DNA from: Octopus sinensis
Taxonomy: Eukaryota
Direction of reading: 5' to 3'
DNA: 51,021 nt
Assembly (NCBI RefSeq): GCF_006345805.1
Contig: NW_021834412.1
Coordinates: 1-51,021, forward strand
Positions 1-13,184 of this stretch are shown here, piece after piece. The position numbers were made by a program, and so were the translations under genes. A model generated the notes under the pieces. That model was not told the origin of the DNA. It was given only the letters and a program-made list of their open reading frames with translations, and did not search any database. Within the stretch, counting starts at the first letter, position 1. Each line of letters begins with the position of its first letter.

Positions 1-459
1 TGTAAATTTCTCGCATGAAAGTAGTTTGGTTATCTTTATTTCCGATATTTTTCACAATAATGATTTTTATTGAAAATAGCAAAAATAATTTAATTTTAAC
101 GGATAATCATTACAGAAAGATCGGTGCGACTCTAAAACATTATGTCGACGTGGAAATTGATAAACTAAAAGTTCCGTCGAAAAATTCAGCCGCCATTATA
201 TTGCATTTTTTATCCCAAATTGATCTAGCTTCATCTTTCTGAATATGGAGGTTAAGGTTGGTTCCATTCATAAAATGGTTGGAATTTTTTCTCTGAAGTA
301 TCAAAAGCTGTTTTCTTCTCTTTTTATTGATTTCTAAATGGCCTGTTCTGGTTCAAATCTAGCATTTTTAAAGTGTAGTAATATGAATTAAATTAATTAA
401 ACAACAAATGTGAATAAATCAGAGAACAGACAAAGTAAGTAACTAAGAGAGCCTAAGGG

Positions 460-660
460 TCAACTCAACGACACCGCTGGCTATTGAGTAGAAGTACTTC
501 CGCGAAGCACAGTGACCGAGATTTACCGGAAAAGACAGCTAGTTTCCTTCTGGCCGTCGAAATTTTCTAACAAATGTCAGAAAGAAGTTGAATCGGAGCT
601 TTGCCGACGATTTTAGAAATTTCGAAAGCAAAGGGGACAAACTTAAGAGAGTCCAAAATG
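460..660 (-). mobile_element. Decayed 3' end of a CRE-clade non-LTR retrotransposon (REL endonuclease C-terminus)
   Basis: The minus strand reads LKFVPFAFEISKIVG...ETSCLFR*ISVTVLRG, matching the FVPFAVETSG...RISLAIVRGN tail of other copies in the window. Confidence 0.5.
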
Positions 661-1784
661 CCCCCAATTTTCCTTATTTTTAACTGTTGGATTAATTCTA
701 TTCTAAATTCATAGTAAATTTGTAGATTTTCTAGACATTTTGAGTACATATAAAATTCGAGCTTATTTAGTATGTCAATTATTCCAAATTCCTCAATTTA
801 AATTCTATCATACAATATTTTATCTTCTTTTCGGTTGAATAATTGTTTGTTTTCCACAATTCGTGAAAAAACATCCTTCAAGTGCTCATCCGTCAATCTA
901 CCTTCAAAATGCACTTTGTCTATCTCCAAAGAATTAGACAAGTTTAAATCATTTTGTATTGATTGTTCTGAAGAGTACTTTCCTACTTTGATTGTTAAAA
1001 CAGATAAGACGCTTTTTAAGCCGAGAAATGGTATTTTAAATAAATTATTTACCTAATCTTTACTCTTTTTAGCAATTTCTTATTGGAATAAGAAATTTTC
1101 AGTCAAATCTTAGAAAATTTTAGATTTTATATTTTTAATAAACTAACCTGTTAATAAAAATAATTTAACAAAAATGGTTAAAATCAAAAAAAATTAATGA
1201 AATTATACTTAGTTTTTGCCCCAATTCGAGGTTCATAAATTTGTTAGGGACTATGAAAAATAGCATTTATTACTGGAATGAACCAAAATGCGAGGGTGTC
1301 CCAACAACTCCTCACAAAGTGAGGTTGCCCGAAAACGGAGTCTGCCTTGTGGCGGGGTCGGACTGTACTGTTGATTTCAACAGCGAGATATTTTATTTTA
1401 GATAAAGAAGTCACATCGTCTTCATTACTAAACTTTTCTATAACTGTCGATATAGGTCTGACATAGGGCCTCGGAAATTAACAGTGTCTTGATTTCAGTC
1501 CTCAATTCGATTGATAAGATGTAAATATTTGGACTCTTTTTGTTTTTTCCTTTGTAATTACTATTTACCTATATTTCTTATTTGGACTTGACAGCTACAC
1601 TTTGAATTGAATTTTCATCATATTTAATTAAACAATTATTAAATAATCATTATTGTGTAATACTGATTTCAAAAACCTCATCAAAAGATAGTCTATCAGT
1701 GAATTTTTCGGATTTCAGATTAAAATTTTTTTTAAAGAGATTTGTTTATTACGAAAAAAGAATTCGGTCAAGTGTTCGAAAGCT

Positions 1785-2020
1785 TCACGGACGGGAAGCC
1801 GACGCGATCGAGAAAGAATTAGAGCGTACTATCGCAAGGGATATCCGCTCGAAAAACCATCTTGATTCGCGGGCGTCGTCTGTGATAGCAGACATGCGGG
1901 ATCCGATCTCCTGAACGAAGCTGATTGCCTTACTGCCCAAGGAACCGGAAGTCTCAACCGCGAATGGAAGGAATTGGAACTTCTCCGTAAGTGAGGAGTA
2001 CTTCCGCATCTTTTTGCATT
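1785..2020 (-). mobile_element. CRE-clade retrotransposon 3' fragment
   Basis: ORF 1785..2009 reads RKYSSL...FLPFAVETSG...WFFERISLAIVRSN. Confidence 0.75.
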
Positions 2021-2200
2021 CCGCGGTTGTGACAATAAATCCAAGGGCGGATCCAGGGGCGGATTTAAATTATACTAGGAATTTTAGTTTTTCAAAATCA
2101 TCCACAACAGAAAAATTAAAATAAATTATTAATATTTCGTAGTAATAAATTTGTTTTTTAAATTTCTTAATCAAATTTATTTATTACTTCAGGTGCTGAG

Positions 2201-3836
2201 ATGAACGAAAATGACGGCATTGAAAACATTTTTAACAATGTAAAATTCAATGAATAAACCATAACCAGGATGAAGGTCCGATTGGACATAGAACTCGTTC
2301 AAAAGTCCAAATTAACGAAGGCATCGACGAAATCCTTGATTTACTGAACTATCCACAAGAACAAATTTCCAAATCAAAAACATGGCGAGATCTATTGATT
2401 ACTGTCAAAACCTCAAAAAGTTTTCTTAATTAAAAATTTTTTAGATTTATACCTCGAAAACGACATTGATCCTTGTTCGGTAGATGAAGTGAATCAAGAG
2501 GACTACAACATGGGACGTTTTTCCAGTTGATTTTTAATTAATATTATTTTATATTTAATTTTAAACATCCAATACTGTATTTAAGCCTAACAATATATAT
2601 TTTTAGAAAAAGAACTTCGCAAAATAAACGAACTCCGAGATTCACGTGTTGAAAGCAAAGATCAAATTCAAGATTCAGAGCAGAGTCAAATCTTTGAAAA
2701 CGAACAATCGTATCTTCTTAAAGTTCAAATGACGATGGTATTCCTACCAATTAAACTCTCCAGTTTGTTCAATTAGTAGTTCAATTATTCATGGTTAGCA
2801 CAAATACTCCCGATTGCGACACAGACATAATGGCTTCTGAATGTCGTCATATTCTGGTTTCCTAAATCTTAACATGCCAGGACACTCTCTCACAATATTA
2901 TCCTGTCAATTGTCCCCAAAGACCACCAAATCTTGATGAGGCCATTAAAATGCTGGATAGAAAAAACATTATTAAACTATTTCCTTCAAAATATGACGAA
3001 CTGTTGTCTGAGGAGGTACTTGGGATTCTAGAATGTCCCCTTAAAGGATTTAAAAGTTCTTTTTTTAATTTCCATTTCCAAGATTCTCAAACTCGGTTAA
3101 TGTTTAATCACATGGATTTGCTGGCGTCGAGATTGGACGTTTTTCCATTTCCGAGATTATTTATGAGCAAATATCCAAATATGAACAATCGACGTCGAGT
3201 TTTAAGATATGACGAAATAAAGTATAGGAAATTTATTTATAATGTTAGCCTGTTAGCATATGGTCTTAAAATGTGTCAGACAGGTGGGTGGAAGTATTTG
3301 GATGTGAATCGTAATTATCTCACATATTTGCGTCCGGCTTATCTTAAAACATATACTCACAGACTTTGTTTAAAAAATTCAAGAAGTATTCATTTTAATG
3401 CAGTTAAGGTTCGTTTATTAGTATACATAGAGTTTTTAGTTTTTTAAAAAATATAAAATTCTGCCTCCTAATATCGCAGATTGTCAGGCTCCTAATATTC
3501 GTATTCCCGAAGTTGATTGTATTTGGAGGCTAGACGACATTGAAAAGCCGGATTGGTTGTTTGTTAGATTTTGGTCTCAATTGTATCAAAATAGGCATAT
3601 ACTGTCATTTCGTTGTTCATCTTTGAAAATAAACTGAAAACTACTCATCCTAGCAATTTCTCTAGTCATGGATTTCCTAAGTTGTCTAATTTTAAAAACT
3701 TGAATGATAACATATTTCTGGTAATTTTTAAGAAATAATTTTATAGAGGAAAACCGAAACTTACTTGAATGATCTGATTAGAAAAGTAGTCGAAAATATT
3801 AATTCCAGTGAAATTCGATATGAGTGGTGTGTTTGA
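2201..3836 (+). CDS. GON4L: GON4L/YY1AP1-like transcriptional cofactor, shortened (about 430 aa, about 10 introns)
   Basis: The spliced frame is open from ATG 2201 to TGA 3834-3836 using GT-AG introns such as 2240-2268, 2738-2763 and 3222-3248. The blocks PIGHRTRSK, FENEQSYLLKVQMTMFVQLVVQ, LLAYGLK and NAVKFFKKYKILP resemble conserved GON4L N-terminal blocks. Confidence 0.65.
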
Positions 3837-4309
3837 TTTCTTTTTATATCATTTTTTGTTAATAAAGTTCTGTAAAATTTATTAAATGCTGATTAAAGAG
3901 GGAGAAAAAAATAATGGAAGATTCTTATAGCTTTCATGATACTTATTTTTGACGTATAGCAATTTATCAGTGAAAATTTTGTTTTAAGTGATGTTTAAAA
4001 TTAAATTTATACCATTTTTCATGAATTAATACTCACTTATTTATGTTTTTGTTTGAGTATTTTATTTTCATATTCATTATATACATGAACGATTCTGTGT
4101 TCAGTACAATCATTTGAAAAAAAATTTCACAGTTCAAAAGATATCCTTTCCTTATAAAATATCACAGTCCAGAGCTGCGAGACGTCTGGGCGGCGAGGTC
4201 AATGCTTAAAATACCAAAAAATATTTTTCAAGAAAACTGTTCATTGGAAGGAATTATTAATAATAAAAATAAAGGAATTAACATTTAAAACAATTGAAAA
4301 AATTAAGAT

Positions 4310-4465
4310 TTTCACTGAATCCAGACTACTCGATGAATTCATTGACTGGAGAAATGGGAAAAATTTTAGTTTCAAGGAATCCGCAGCCTACATTACTAAA
4401 AATGGCCAAGAGTTCTAATTTTTTTATATTGAGGAAGCTGAATTAAAGCTAAGATACAATTGAAG
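4310..4465 (+). mobile_element. Possible Penelope-like (GIY-YIG C-terminal) remnant; related stretch at about 26236-26345
   Basis: It reads FIDWRNGKILV...ELKLRYN*. The copy at 26.3 kb reads REIRQAIEIALRKFELELRYN*, and both share the DNA gcta(a)g(a/g)tacaattgaag. Confidence 0.3.
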
Positions 4466-5394
4466 TTTGATATTTGCTTATTTAAATTAGACTCAACACA
4501 ATTTAAAGCACTTTAGACATGATAAATTATCTAGTTTATCGTCACTTACGATTTATGATGGAAGACGTAGTGAAGACGCTACTGTGGTATCTAATGCGTT
4601 TATTGTCAGGCACTATTGATGAAGAAACAAAAAAAAACACAGTACATTAAAGCCGGGTCAAGAAGTTGTCATAATTTTAATTCTCTTAATTGTTTCATTT
4701 TTGTTTTTTGAAAAAAATGTATCTAACATGGGCAAGTCGTCTGAGTGGAATTTTTAGTTTTTCATCAGGAAATTAATTTAAAAAGGAAAGTTTACATTTT
4801 TGTGCATGTTCTATTTTTAATGCAGCTTCATGGATTGCAAGACAACTACTTCTAATACTGGCAAATTAAACTCAAGACACCTCAGTTTTTGAAACAACTT
4901 CAGTTTTTGGAACACTTTGGCAAAATTTTACAATTCTTAAAACTTCGAATCGTTTATTAATAAATTTTTAAAAAAGACATGAACTCATTCAAAATCCTTA
5001 GCAGTGAAGAAAATTCATGCATTCGTGAAGGAATTCAATTATTTTTAAAAGTTTTCCACGAAAAAATTGATAATTACAAATCGTTGGGATAATACTTTCG
5101 ACAATGAAAACTTGTGTCTGATAATCTGACGGATGATGTTAACGAACATGTTGGAAAATACGGAAAGCAGCGATAATGAAGAAATTTTTTACAGTGGTAT
5201 GGAAAATAAACAGACTACGATCCAAGAAGTAGTAAACAAAAATTAGTGAATTGAAAGAATCAGTTAAATTTTTCATTAATTAAATTATGAAATTGATATT
5301 ATTTTTTTGACAAAACCTCGTGAGTGTTTCAATTTACGTCGGATTGTACAAAGTTTGAAATTTTTTTATGTCAATTCTATTTTAAATTATCTAA

Positions 5395-5885
5395 TTAAAA
5401 ATCCAGATCTCTTCTTTTCTTGGAAGAAGGGTTTTCTATAAACTTTCTTTCATTTTTTATTTCTGCGTCAATGATTTTATTCAACTGAGTGTCCTCACGA
5501 CATGCCAGCTCCGCAAGTTGATTGGCGGCAGAGACATACTCCTCGTTATCTACCTTCATCCCACGTCTGTGCTCGATAAGCATACTCTCTAGAGTCCTCT
5601 TCAGCACAACCGACTGGATGTATGTCCTCGTTCCTTCTTCAATGGATAACTTGTCCATATGACTTTTAAAGAACTTTGAGACAACTCCATTCCATGTCAA
5701 GATAATTGGAATAATCTTGACTTTTGCTTCATAGAAAACCGGCAGTTCGTTTACAAGCAGGTCGTATTTGCGAAATTTCTCCACTTCAACTTGCTTTAAA
5801 CGGTCTTGCGAGGTAATTCCCCCTTCGATTAAATGAATTTCTTTTTTCCTTTTGTCATAAACGAAAATATCAGGTTTATTGCATA
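5395..5885 (-). mobile_element. R4/Dong-like non-LTR retrotransposon 3' fragment (REL endonuclease)
   Basis: It reads NKPDIFVYDK...IEGGITSQDRLKQVEVEKFRKYDLLVNEL...KIIPIILTWNG. Confidence 0.8.
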
Positions 5886-6012
5886 TTCAGAGGTAGTTTT
5901 AAACATGATAGGGGATAAATAATGACCATTATTTATACAAATCATTTAATTATAAAAACAAATTTAATTTTATAATTTAATCAAAATAATGTTTAATAGT
6001 TAGATAAAAAGC

Positions 6013-8157
6013 ATGACTGACGTGGTGAACCAATTTAATAATAAATAACTAGCAAAATAAACGTAAAGATATAGGCCATTTTGTTGACCTACCAAATGCA
6101 ATCAACAAAGAAGTAATAGTCCGGTTCCCGCCTGAAGCATCTGGGTAAAATCATAAATAATTCATTTTAAGTTACCTCCACATTGGTCACGCCAAAGCTG
6201 CCCTACTAAACTTGTTTTATCGAAACAAATACGACGGAAAAATGATAATGCGCTTTGATGATACAAATCCTTCAAAAGAAGACTCTTTTTTTGAGAAAGT
6301 AGAAAATATTTATTTATAAATCAGGTTATTTTAGAAGACTTGAAGGTTCTTGGAGTTGACTTTGATATTTTGAGTCATACTTCTGACCATTTTGGCACCC
6401 TCATTGAAATGTGTACTAAACTGATTCGTATGGGACTGGCCTATGTGGATGATACACCTCCAGAATTAATGAAGACTGAAAGAATTAAGAAGATTGATAG
6501 CAAAAGGAGAAATAATTGTATTATTTACTAAATTAATATATTTTAAATACATTTAGCGGTAGAACATAACTTGTTGATGTGGGAAAACATGTTGAATGGT
6601 GAAAATGGGGCTAGTCTTATGTGTGTAAGGGCCAAAATAGATATGAAACATTTAAATGGATGCATGAGAGATCCCACTCTCTATCGTTACAAAGATGATC
6701 CCCATGTACGTACAGGATTTAAATACAAGTATAGTCCTATTCCTCTATTTTAGAGTATATCCCACCTATGACTTTGCATGTCCTATTGTTGATAGTATAG
6801 AAGGAGTTACACATGCTTTAAGAACTACTGAATATAGAGACAGGGATGAGCAATACAACTGGATTTTGACCCAATTTGGTTTATTCTTTTTTATTTATAT
6901 TTTTATTTATTGTTTTTTTATTTATATTTTTATTATAAATTATTAATTTGGGAATATTAGGTTTACGTGTGCCGTATTTATATGAGTATGGCAAAGTTGC
7001 GTTTAAGAGGACTGTCATGTCAAAGAGAAAGTTGACGTGGTTTGTGGAACAAAATGTAGTTGATGGATGGTTGAATTACCTTCTCGTAATTTATAGGGAT
7101 GATCCACGCTTCCCGACTATTCGTGGGATATTCCGGCGTGGGTTGACATTGGAAGGTCTACGGGACTTTATAACAGCTCAAGTTCTTTGCGATAATAAGC
7201 ATTTAAGGGGTCTTCTTCTGCCAATGTTATGATGGGATGGGAGAAGCTATGGGCTTTGAACAGAAAGGTAGTGACTGGTGGCCATGGCAGGTGATTGACC
7301 CAGTATCCGCAAGATATACAGCCATGGTTAATGACAATTTGGTCTTAATGGTCATTGATTCATTGGAAGAGTGTAAAAAAACAGTGAATAAACACCCCAC
7401 CGTAAGTGTCCCACTATAACTATTTTCTTACATTTTATAAATATTTTATATAAAAAATGTTAACCACATATATTTTAATAAATATTAGAATATTAATGTT
7501 GGGACAAAATCAGTTTCATATGAGAAGGAAATGTATGTCGAGAGAGTAGATGTGTCTTCACTTCAAATTGGAGAGAAAGTAACTCTTCTCAACTACGGCA
7601 ACTGTATTGTCACCGGAATAAACCAGTATTGGTTATATTTTCATATATTAGAAATGCTGATAGTGACCAAGTATTCATCACTGTTGAACCTAAATTGGAT
7701 GATACTGTAAGTTTTTAAATATTTTTATTCAAATTATTTTAATATATTTAGCGGGATTAATAATTTTTGATGTTTTATTTTAAAGGATTATAAAAATACT
7801 GTCCGTGTGACGTGGATTGGTCGAAGAAGTACAATTCCGGTGAAATGTTACTTTTATGACGACATAATAACCGTGGATTGTATTCCCACAGATGGGGACT
7901 TTAAGGAATATGTGAATAGAGATTCTGTGAAAGTGGTAGAGTATATGGGTGAGAGTGCATTGAGAGAAGTGAAGAAAGGAGAGATATTGCAAATTATGAA
8001 AAAGGGCTATTTTATATGTGATGGAAATGACAAGTTATAAACGGTATACTAGATGTGTAGAGAGTGTATTCTCATTGCTATTCCCGATGGACATTCCAAG
8101 AAGTTGGCCACCGGTGGAAAGAAGGCTGTCAAGGGTAATGGAATTGGAAATAATTAA
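6013..8157 (+). CDS. EPRS: Cytosolic glutamyl-tRNA synthetase (GluRS half of EPRS), stand-alone, about 540 aa, 13 introns
   Basis: The spliced frame contains RFPPEASG|YLHIGHAKA (HIGH), [40 protein letters not shown] (KMSKS-type), [11 protein letters not shown] and IPDG. ATG is at 6013 and TAA at 8155-8157. Example introns are 6025-6052, 7070-7096 and 7268-7290. Confidence 0.95.
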
Positions 8158-8999
8158 TGTGGTGGCGATTTTCTTGATTTGCGATTTTCTTTTATTGTTT
8201 TAATAAATATTTCTCCCATTTGTTTATTTTCGTTACTGCATAGTTAACAGAATGACTTAAATAAGAAAAAATTTAAATTAAGAATTTATATTGGTTCGAT
8301 CAAGATCAAAATTTATAAAGTCCTTGTGTATTTTATGCTCATTCAATTATTAGAAAAATTCTAACAAAAAAGGCTTATGACCGCTAGTTTCAAACTCTTT
8401 TTTCATCTAAATAATTTTTCGCGTACCCCCTATCGGTTTTTAAAAAAATTAAGGAAGGAAATTACTCACTGGATATTGTTGTTAATCAATGACTAGTCTT
8501 TATATTTTGAGATTTGTTGATCATCCACAACATTTAATTTCGAACGATGGACTATTTTAACAGTGATACTTTTTTAGAAGCAAAACCAAAAAATCGATTA
8601 TAAATAATCCAATTATTTTCAAAGAAACATCATATTCATCTTTTTTCAGAGGCTCCTATTCACTCAGGTAACTGATTGTTAAGGACAATAAGAAGAAGAA
8701 CTGATGGCGATCCTGTTTCCCCTCACTATTCAATGTTTTGATAATTTGATTTTATTTTACATTGAAATTCAATTTATAGTGCAGATTAACTCCATCGATA
8801 ATATCTGGAGCTTTAGTGTTTAAAAATAAGGAATAATTGAACAAATATTATTTCTCAATATTTTCCATATAAATATATTGAACATAAACGAGTAACTGAG
8901 AGCTGAAATGTTGTTTACAGACAACACCTTTTTGCGTACTACTAGAATTACGTGTATCCCAGTTTGAGAATCATTGGCTTAGAAGATTTGTTTATTTGT

Positions 9000-9935
9000 A
9001 TTTTTACACTTAGCTTTTTTAATAACCCCCAAGTTGCACACCATAGGTGGCAACTCATACACTTTTTGAATCATGACCTTTATTAAAAAAGAAACTAATT
9101 AACTAAGTAATTTTTCTAACAGAGCCTTCGAAGTGAGCTGAGAGTGGCACTTCACACACCTCCTCCCATTCTTCCTCCTCTTCTCTGGCACTGTAGACCT
9201 TCGAGAAGGTGCTGACTAAAGTCAGGAAAGGGCTGGATCGGCGAGTTGACTGTATATAAGCCTGTAGAGACTTATCTACACCAACTGTCTTAAGTACCAC
9301 CGCTTGTGGTATTTCGTGACCATCCATCCCATGTCATCACACCCGAATGACATGGACTTTGCAACTGGTGCATCAGTCCTAGCTCGTTTGCAAGGAGGTC
9401 ATACTTCCTCCTTTTCTCCACTTCCACTATCTGCAAACGGTCTAGGCACGTGATTCCCCCCCACGATAACAATCTCCCCGGTGACCTTATCGTGGACCAC
9501 AATGTCGGGTCTGTTGTCTGACAACGATCGAGGTGCGTATGGGGGTATTCACTTTAATGCACACCCGCGAGTTCTCACACCCATTGAACTTGATGGGTTC
9601 GCAACTTTTCTGGACCGCCTCAAACCATACTTATTGCAGAGCAAAAGATGGAGGGACCTCACCACCTCGTTATGCCTCCATGCGTAATCATGGTAAAACA
9701 TACTCCCGCACTTCGTGCTAAATGGTCAACGTCATTGCCTTACTCTTACAGTGTTTACACTGTTTCCGTTGACCATTAAAAAAGTTTCTATCCTGAAATA
9801 TGAGAACAACCCTTCTGATCGGGGAGAGTTATTCCCATATTTCAGCCACGTTGATGACGACGATACGTCAATGTGCGGGTTTTCCAGGCTGCTAAAGAGA
9901 GTTTTTTGAAGGACTTTTAAGTTGAAGTTTGAGGC
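9000..9935 (-). mobile_element. R4/Dong-like retrotransposon 3' portion, frameshifted, with 3' UTR stem-loop
   Basis: It reads DYAWRHNEVVRSLH, DNRPDIVVHD, EKRRKYDLLANELG and TWDG. The 3' UTR hairpin agttgc-cacc-tat-ggtg-tgcaact lies at about 9032-9055. The same family recurs at 25435-25655. Confidence 0.8.
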
Positions 9936-10134
9936 AACTCATACACAAACAACAGTCATAACTAGTTAATCAAAGGACCAAATCTTCATTATTTACACTT
10001 ACTTAGAACTTAGATGCTTCGATTTAATCAGATTTAATCTTTAAATTACTCAAATAGTTAATTTTATGTAATTGTTAATTCTTTTCTATTGAACTAATTA
10101 ATTGATTAATTGATTTGTTAAATTATAATCTTTG

Positions 10135-10465
10135 CTAAGTGATCCACGATGTTAATTCTTTGATTGAGAGGACGAGCGAATAGATAGGGAGTTTCTCGTG
10201 ACTTTTCCTCGAGATCATCAAACCGATTTCTGAAAGGAACTCCAGGGCTTTTGGGCCGATTATCCCACTCGTCTCGAAAGCCAGGGGGACGAAAAGGCAG
10301 GTGTTCTCCAATGAGGCGTACTTTGCGATTTTTTTCGTTTCGGCATGTGCGGAAGCTGAGCCAGAGCGGGACGCAGAGTCGATGAGAGATGACGAGGAAA
10401 ACGAGTCGACACAGGTGACGTCCCAAACGAGAGCGAGTCCCCCCTTGAACGGGAATAGCGTGGAC
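10135..10465 (-). mobile_element. CRE-clade retrotransposon 3' fragment
   Basis: It reads FPFKGGLALVWDVTCVDSFS...AETKKIAKY...FVPLAFETSGIIG. Confidence 0.8.
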
Positions 10466-11139
10466 TGATTGATTTGTTTAAATCTCTTTACAAATCTTTC
10501 TTTAAAAATCAACTATAAACACAACCTTCTCCTCATATAGCGATCAAAAGAACCCATAACTGTTTTGGACATCTATTTTTGAAATCAAGATTCAGAAGTA
10601 CTTTGCTATTGGGCTTCGATGTCACGCTTTTCATCATAAAAAACGTGTAGAATCGGTTTTTTCTCCATTTGCATTCTCTATAATATTTTCCGAAGCACGA
10701 CCGTTTGGATATTTTCTCCGGTTTCTTTTTTATGCCAAAAAGTCTATATATTAGCACTTTCAGATAATTCTATCACATTTAAACACATCGAGATGTTAAC
10801 ATTTCGTTCTCATCTTGCGGCAGGGCATCTTGTCTTGTTGCTCAGGGATTATTTTCACTTTGGCAACATAATAATTAAAATTCGTTTCCTATCATTTATG
10901 TAGCGAATATTATTTAATGCTATAGTCATATTTCGAATAAGAAATCTTTAGATTCCTATGATAATTAATTTCCACTCGCTTTTGTTTGCAAAAAGTGATT
11001 TTTTTCACTCGACAACTGGATAGTATATATTATCAATTCAGTTTATGACTTTTAACTTTATACTTTTAAGTTTTCTTGATCGTTTTCGACTGTATGTATG
11101 TTTTAGATAAAATATCAATATTTAATTTTTGCAGATAAG

Positions 11140-11340
11140 ATTTATATAATTTGGTCTTTACCCTATTCCATCCCAATACAATAGGTATTATTGACTTCTA
11201 CGCAGGTTCGCAAACAGGTGAATTGTATTTGTGGAATTTCTTTACTGACACTTGCATTAAAAGTTTTTGCCATGTAATTCCCACTAAGACAAGTACTAGT
11301 TTGTTTTATCAAAAAATATCTGGTTTGTTCTTTACTAAAT
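11140..11340 (+). pseudogene. WD40-repeat-like gene fragment; no complete model obtained
   Basis: LFHPNTIGIIDFYAGSQTGELYLWNFFTDTCIKSF looks like one WD40 blade and is followed by an intron-like gtaattccc...gtactag. Flanking exons could not be joined without stops. Confidence 0.3.
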
Positions 11341-11825
11341 CGCAACTTCATCCCTGCTCTTATTTCAACTCGGCTATTTGATACAATAGGCTAAACTAGG
11401 TGTGTTTCAATTCATTTAATCAAAAATGTTAATTTATGCATCTAGTAACTTCATTGTGCTCTCTATATATTATATGAACTGCAATTATATTTAGCATGAT
11501 CCGCAGCTTTTATGTCTAACCACAGTTACTACAGAGTATATTGATGGAGGTAATTATTTATGGATAATTACGTCTAACATGTAAAATTAAGGATTATTGA
11601 ATTTATTAGTTATATACAGACATTAAAGTAAATTGCATTAAACTATAGATCATCACTAATTTCATTTAAGTAGGATACTTGTATAATATAAAATTAGGAA
11701 GTAAATGATCGACAATACAAAATTATTAACGAGCAATAATTAACAAACTCTAAACAGTTGGAGAATATCAATAGAGATATTTTGTGATTATAAATACAGA
11801 ATTGCCGTAAACTAGTGCTAATCGA

Positions 11826-13184
11826 ATGGTGGATACTACAATGAACTACGAAAAAGAAAATTCCCCTTCAGAAAAAGTATGGAAAATGATTAAATTTAAT
11901 TATAAAAGTGGTTTTCAATTGTAACTGCTCTGAAAGAAAATGTAAAAATAAGGGACAGACGACATTTTTTGTGGAAATATAAAAACTGTTTTCGAGGAAA
12001 TGAAGCAGTGGATTGTGTTCTCGCTCATCTATTGAAGAGTGCTGATATGTATAAAAATATCAGAAGGTATATATTTCAATGCTAGCAAAAGGGAGAATGT
12101 AATAAAACTTCTTAACTCTTTTGTGGAAATGGGAATCATTCAAAAAATCACAAGCACGTCAAATAAAACTATATTTAAAGATAATGACAATCTCTATAGG
12201 TTTTAAAATTCAAAATGTTAACATCAGATTTGGGAAAGAGTCTGCATTTACAAATAAGATCAAACCAGAAACTGACACGAATAAGAAATTTATAGAGAAA
12301 AATAAAATTCATTCAACCATTTTTTGTCTGTCTGACATTTTGAATGCCGAGTAAAAATTAAAAATTATTTTCCAGATTAAAACTATTATTGAACTTGTAT
12401 AAAATCGATTTTTCGTTTCAAGTAAAATACGATGTGAACATTCAAAAAATTTATCGAGTGATCGATGCACAGATTTAGAGAGTTGTTTTAGTAAGAAAGT
12501 TTAAAAATAAACTTGTAGAACAACTTCCTAAATTTATTGTTTATTCTATGAATTTTCTTTTGGAAATTCAATGTAGTTCAAAATAAATATATTTAGACGA
12601 CATTCACGGGACATATAAGTGTGATGTTAAAATCAAAAAGGAAATGCTTCAATTGATAAAATCATTTTTTGCAGATAAACTATCTTTGTTATGCATTGAA
12701 CTGAAATCTTTGTTTGGGGTCTATTTCGGTGAGTTTAGTGAAGTTAATGTTTTCTTAGTTAGTTTTATTGGGGAGGAAAATCTCAAATATTGTTACAAGG
12801 CCGTATTTGATAATGGATGGGACTGCTATTTTAATACAGACGGTTAATAATTGAGTTTATTTTAGACTTCGGGAAGATTTTCGACTCGCGCCGATTCTAT
12901 CAGTTAGCGCTATACAAATTGTCTCCAGAAGAACGCATATGTACATTTTGCCTATTATCATTTATAAACAAATTTATTGGGAAGAAAACAGAAAAGTTAA
13001 CTAAAAAAGTAAGTTTCATTAAATTATAATTTTAAAACAGGTAATTGATATGTGTTCACCATTGATTGGAAACCAAAATAAATATTTGGTGAACCAACTG
13101 TGGAGATCACTATTTATTTCATTTCTGGTAAATAACGTGAATTATTTATTTATTCCTGCACATGAACTTAAATGTCAATCTTAA
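11826..13184 (+). CDS. DEP domain plus RhoGAP-like protein of the DEPDC1/DEPDC7/LET-99 family, 10 introns
   Basis: The DEP domain reads WFSIVTALKENVKIRDRRHFLWKYKNCFRGNEAVDCVLAHL...FKDNDNLYRF. It is followed by LPKFIVYSMNFL, QLALYKLSPEER and FLVNNVNYLFIP. The frame is open ATG 11826 to TAA 13182-13184 and includes a 21-nt exon (12376-12396). Confidence 0.85.

Noticed and set aside
1-1140. Possible minus-strand gene pieces at about 60-350 and about 800-1050
   Set aside because: No recognisable motifs or consistent splice model were found, and the region is interrupted by a CRE remnant and the window edge.
2041-2066. caagggcggatccaggggcggattt as GC-box promoter of the GON4L-like gene
   Set aside because: It abuts a retroelement fragment and looks equally like an orphan hAT-type terminus, so it cannot be assigned.
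10533-10860. Minus-strand ORF as a gene
   Set aside because: It has only weak resemblance to a decayed Tc1/mariner N-terminus and is too eroded to call.
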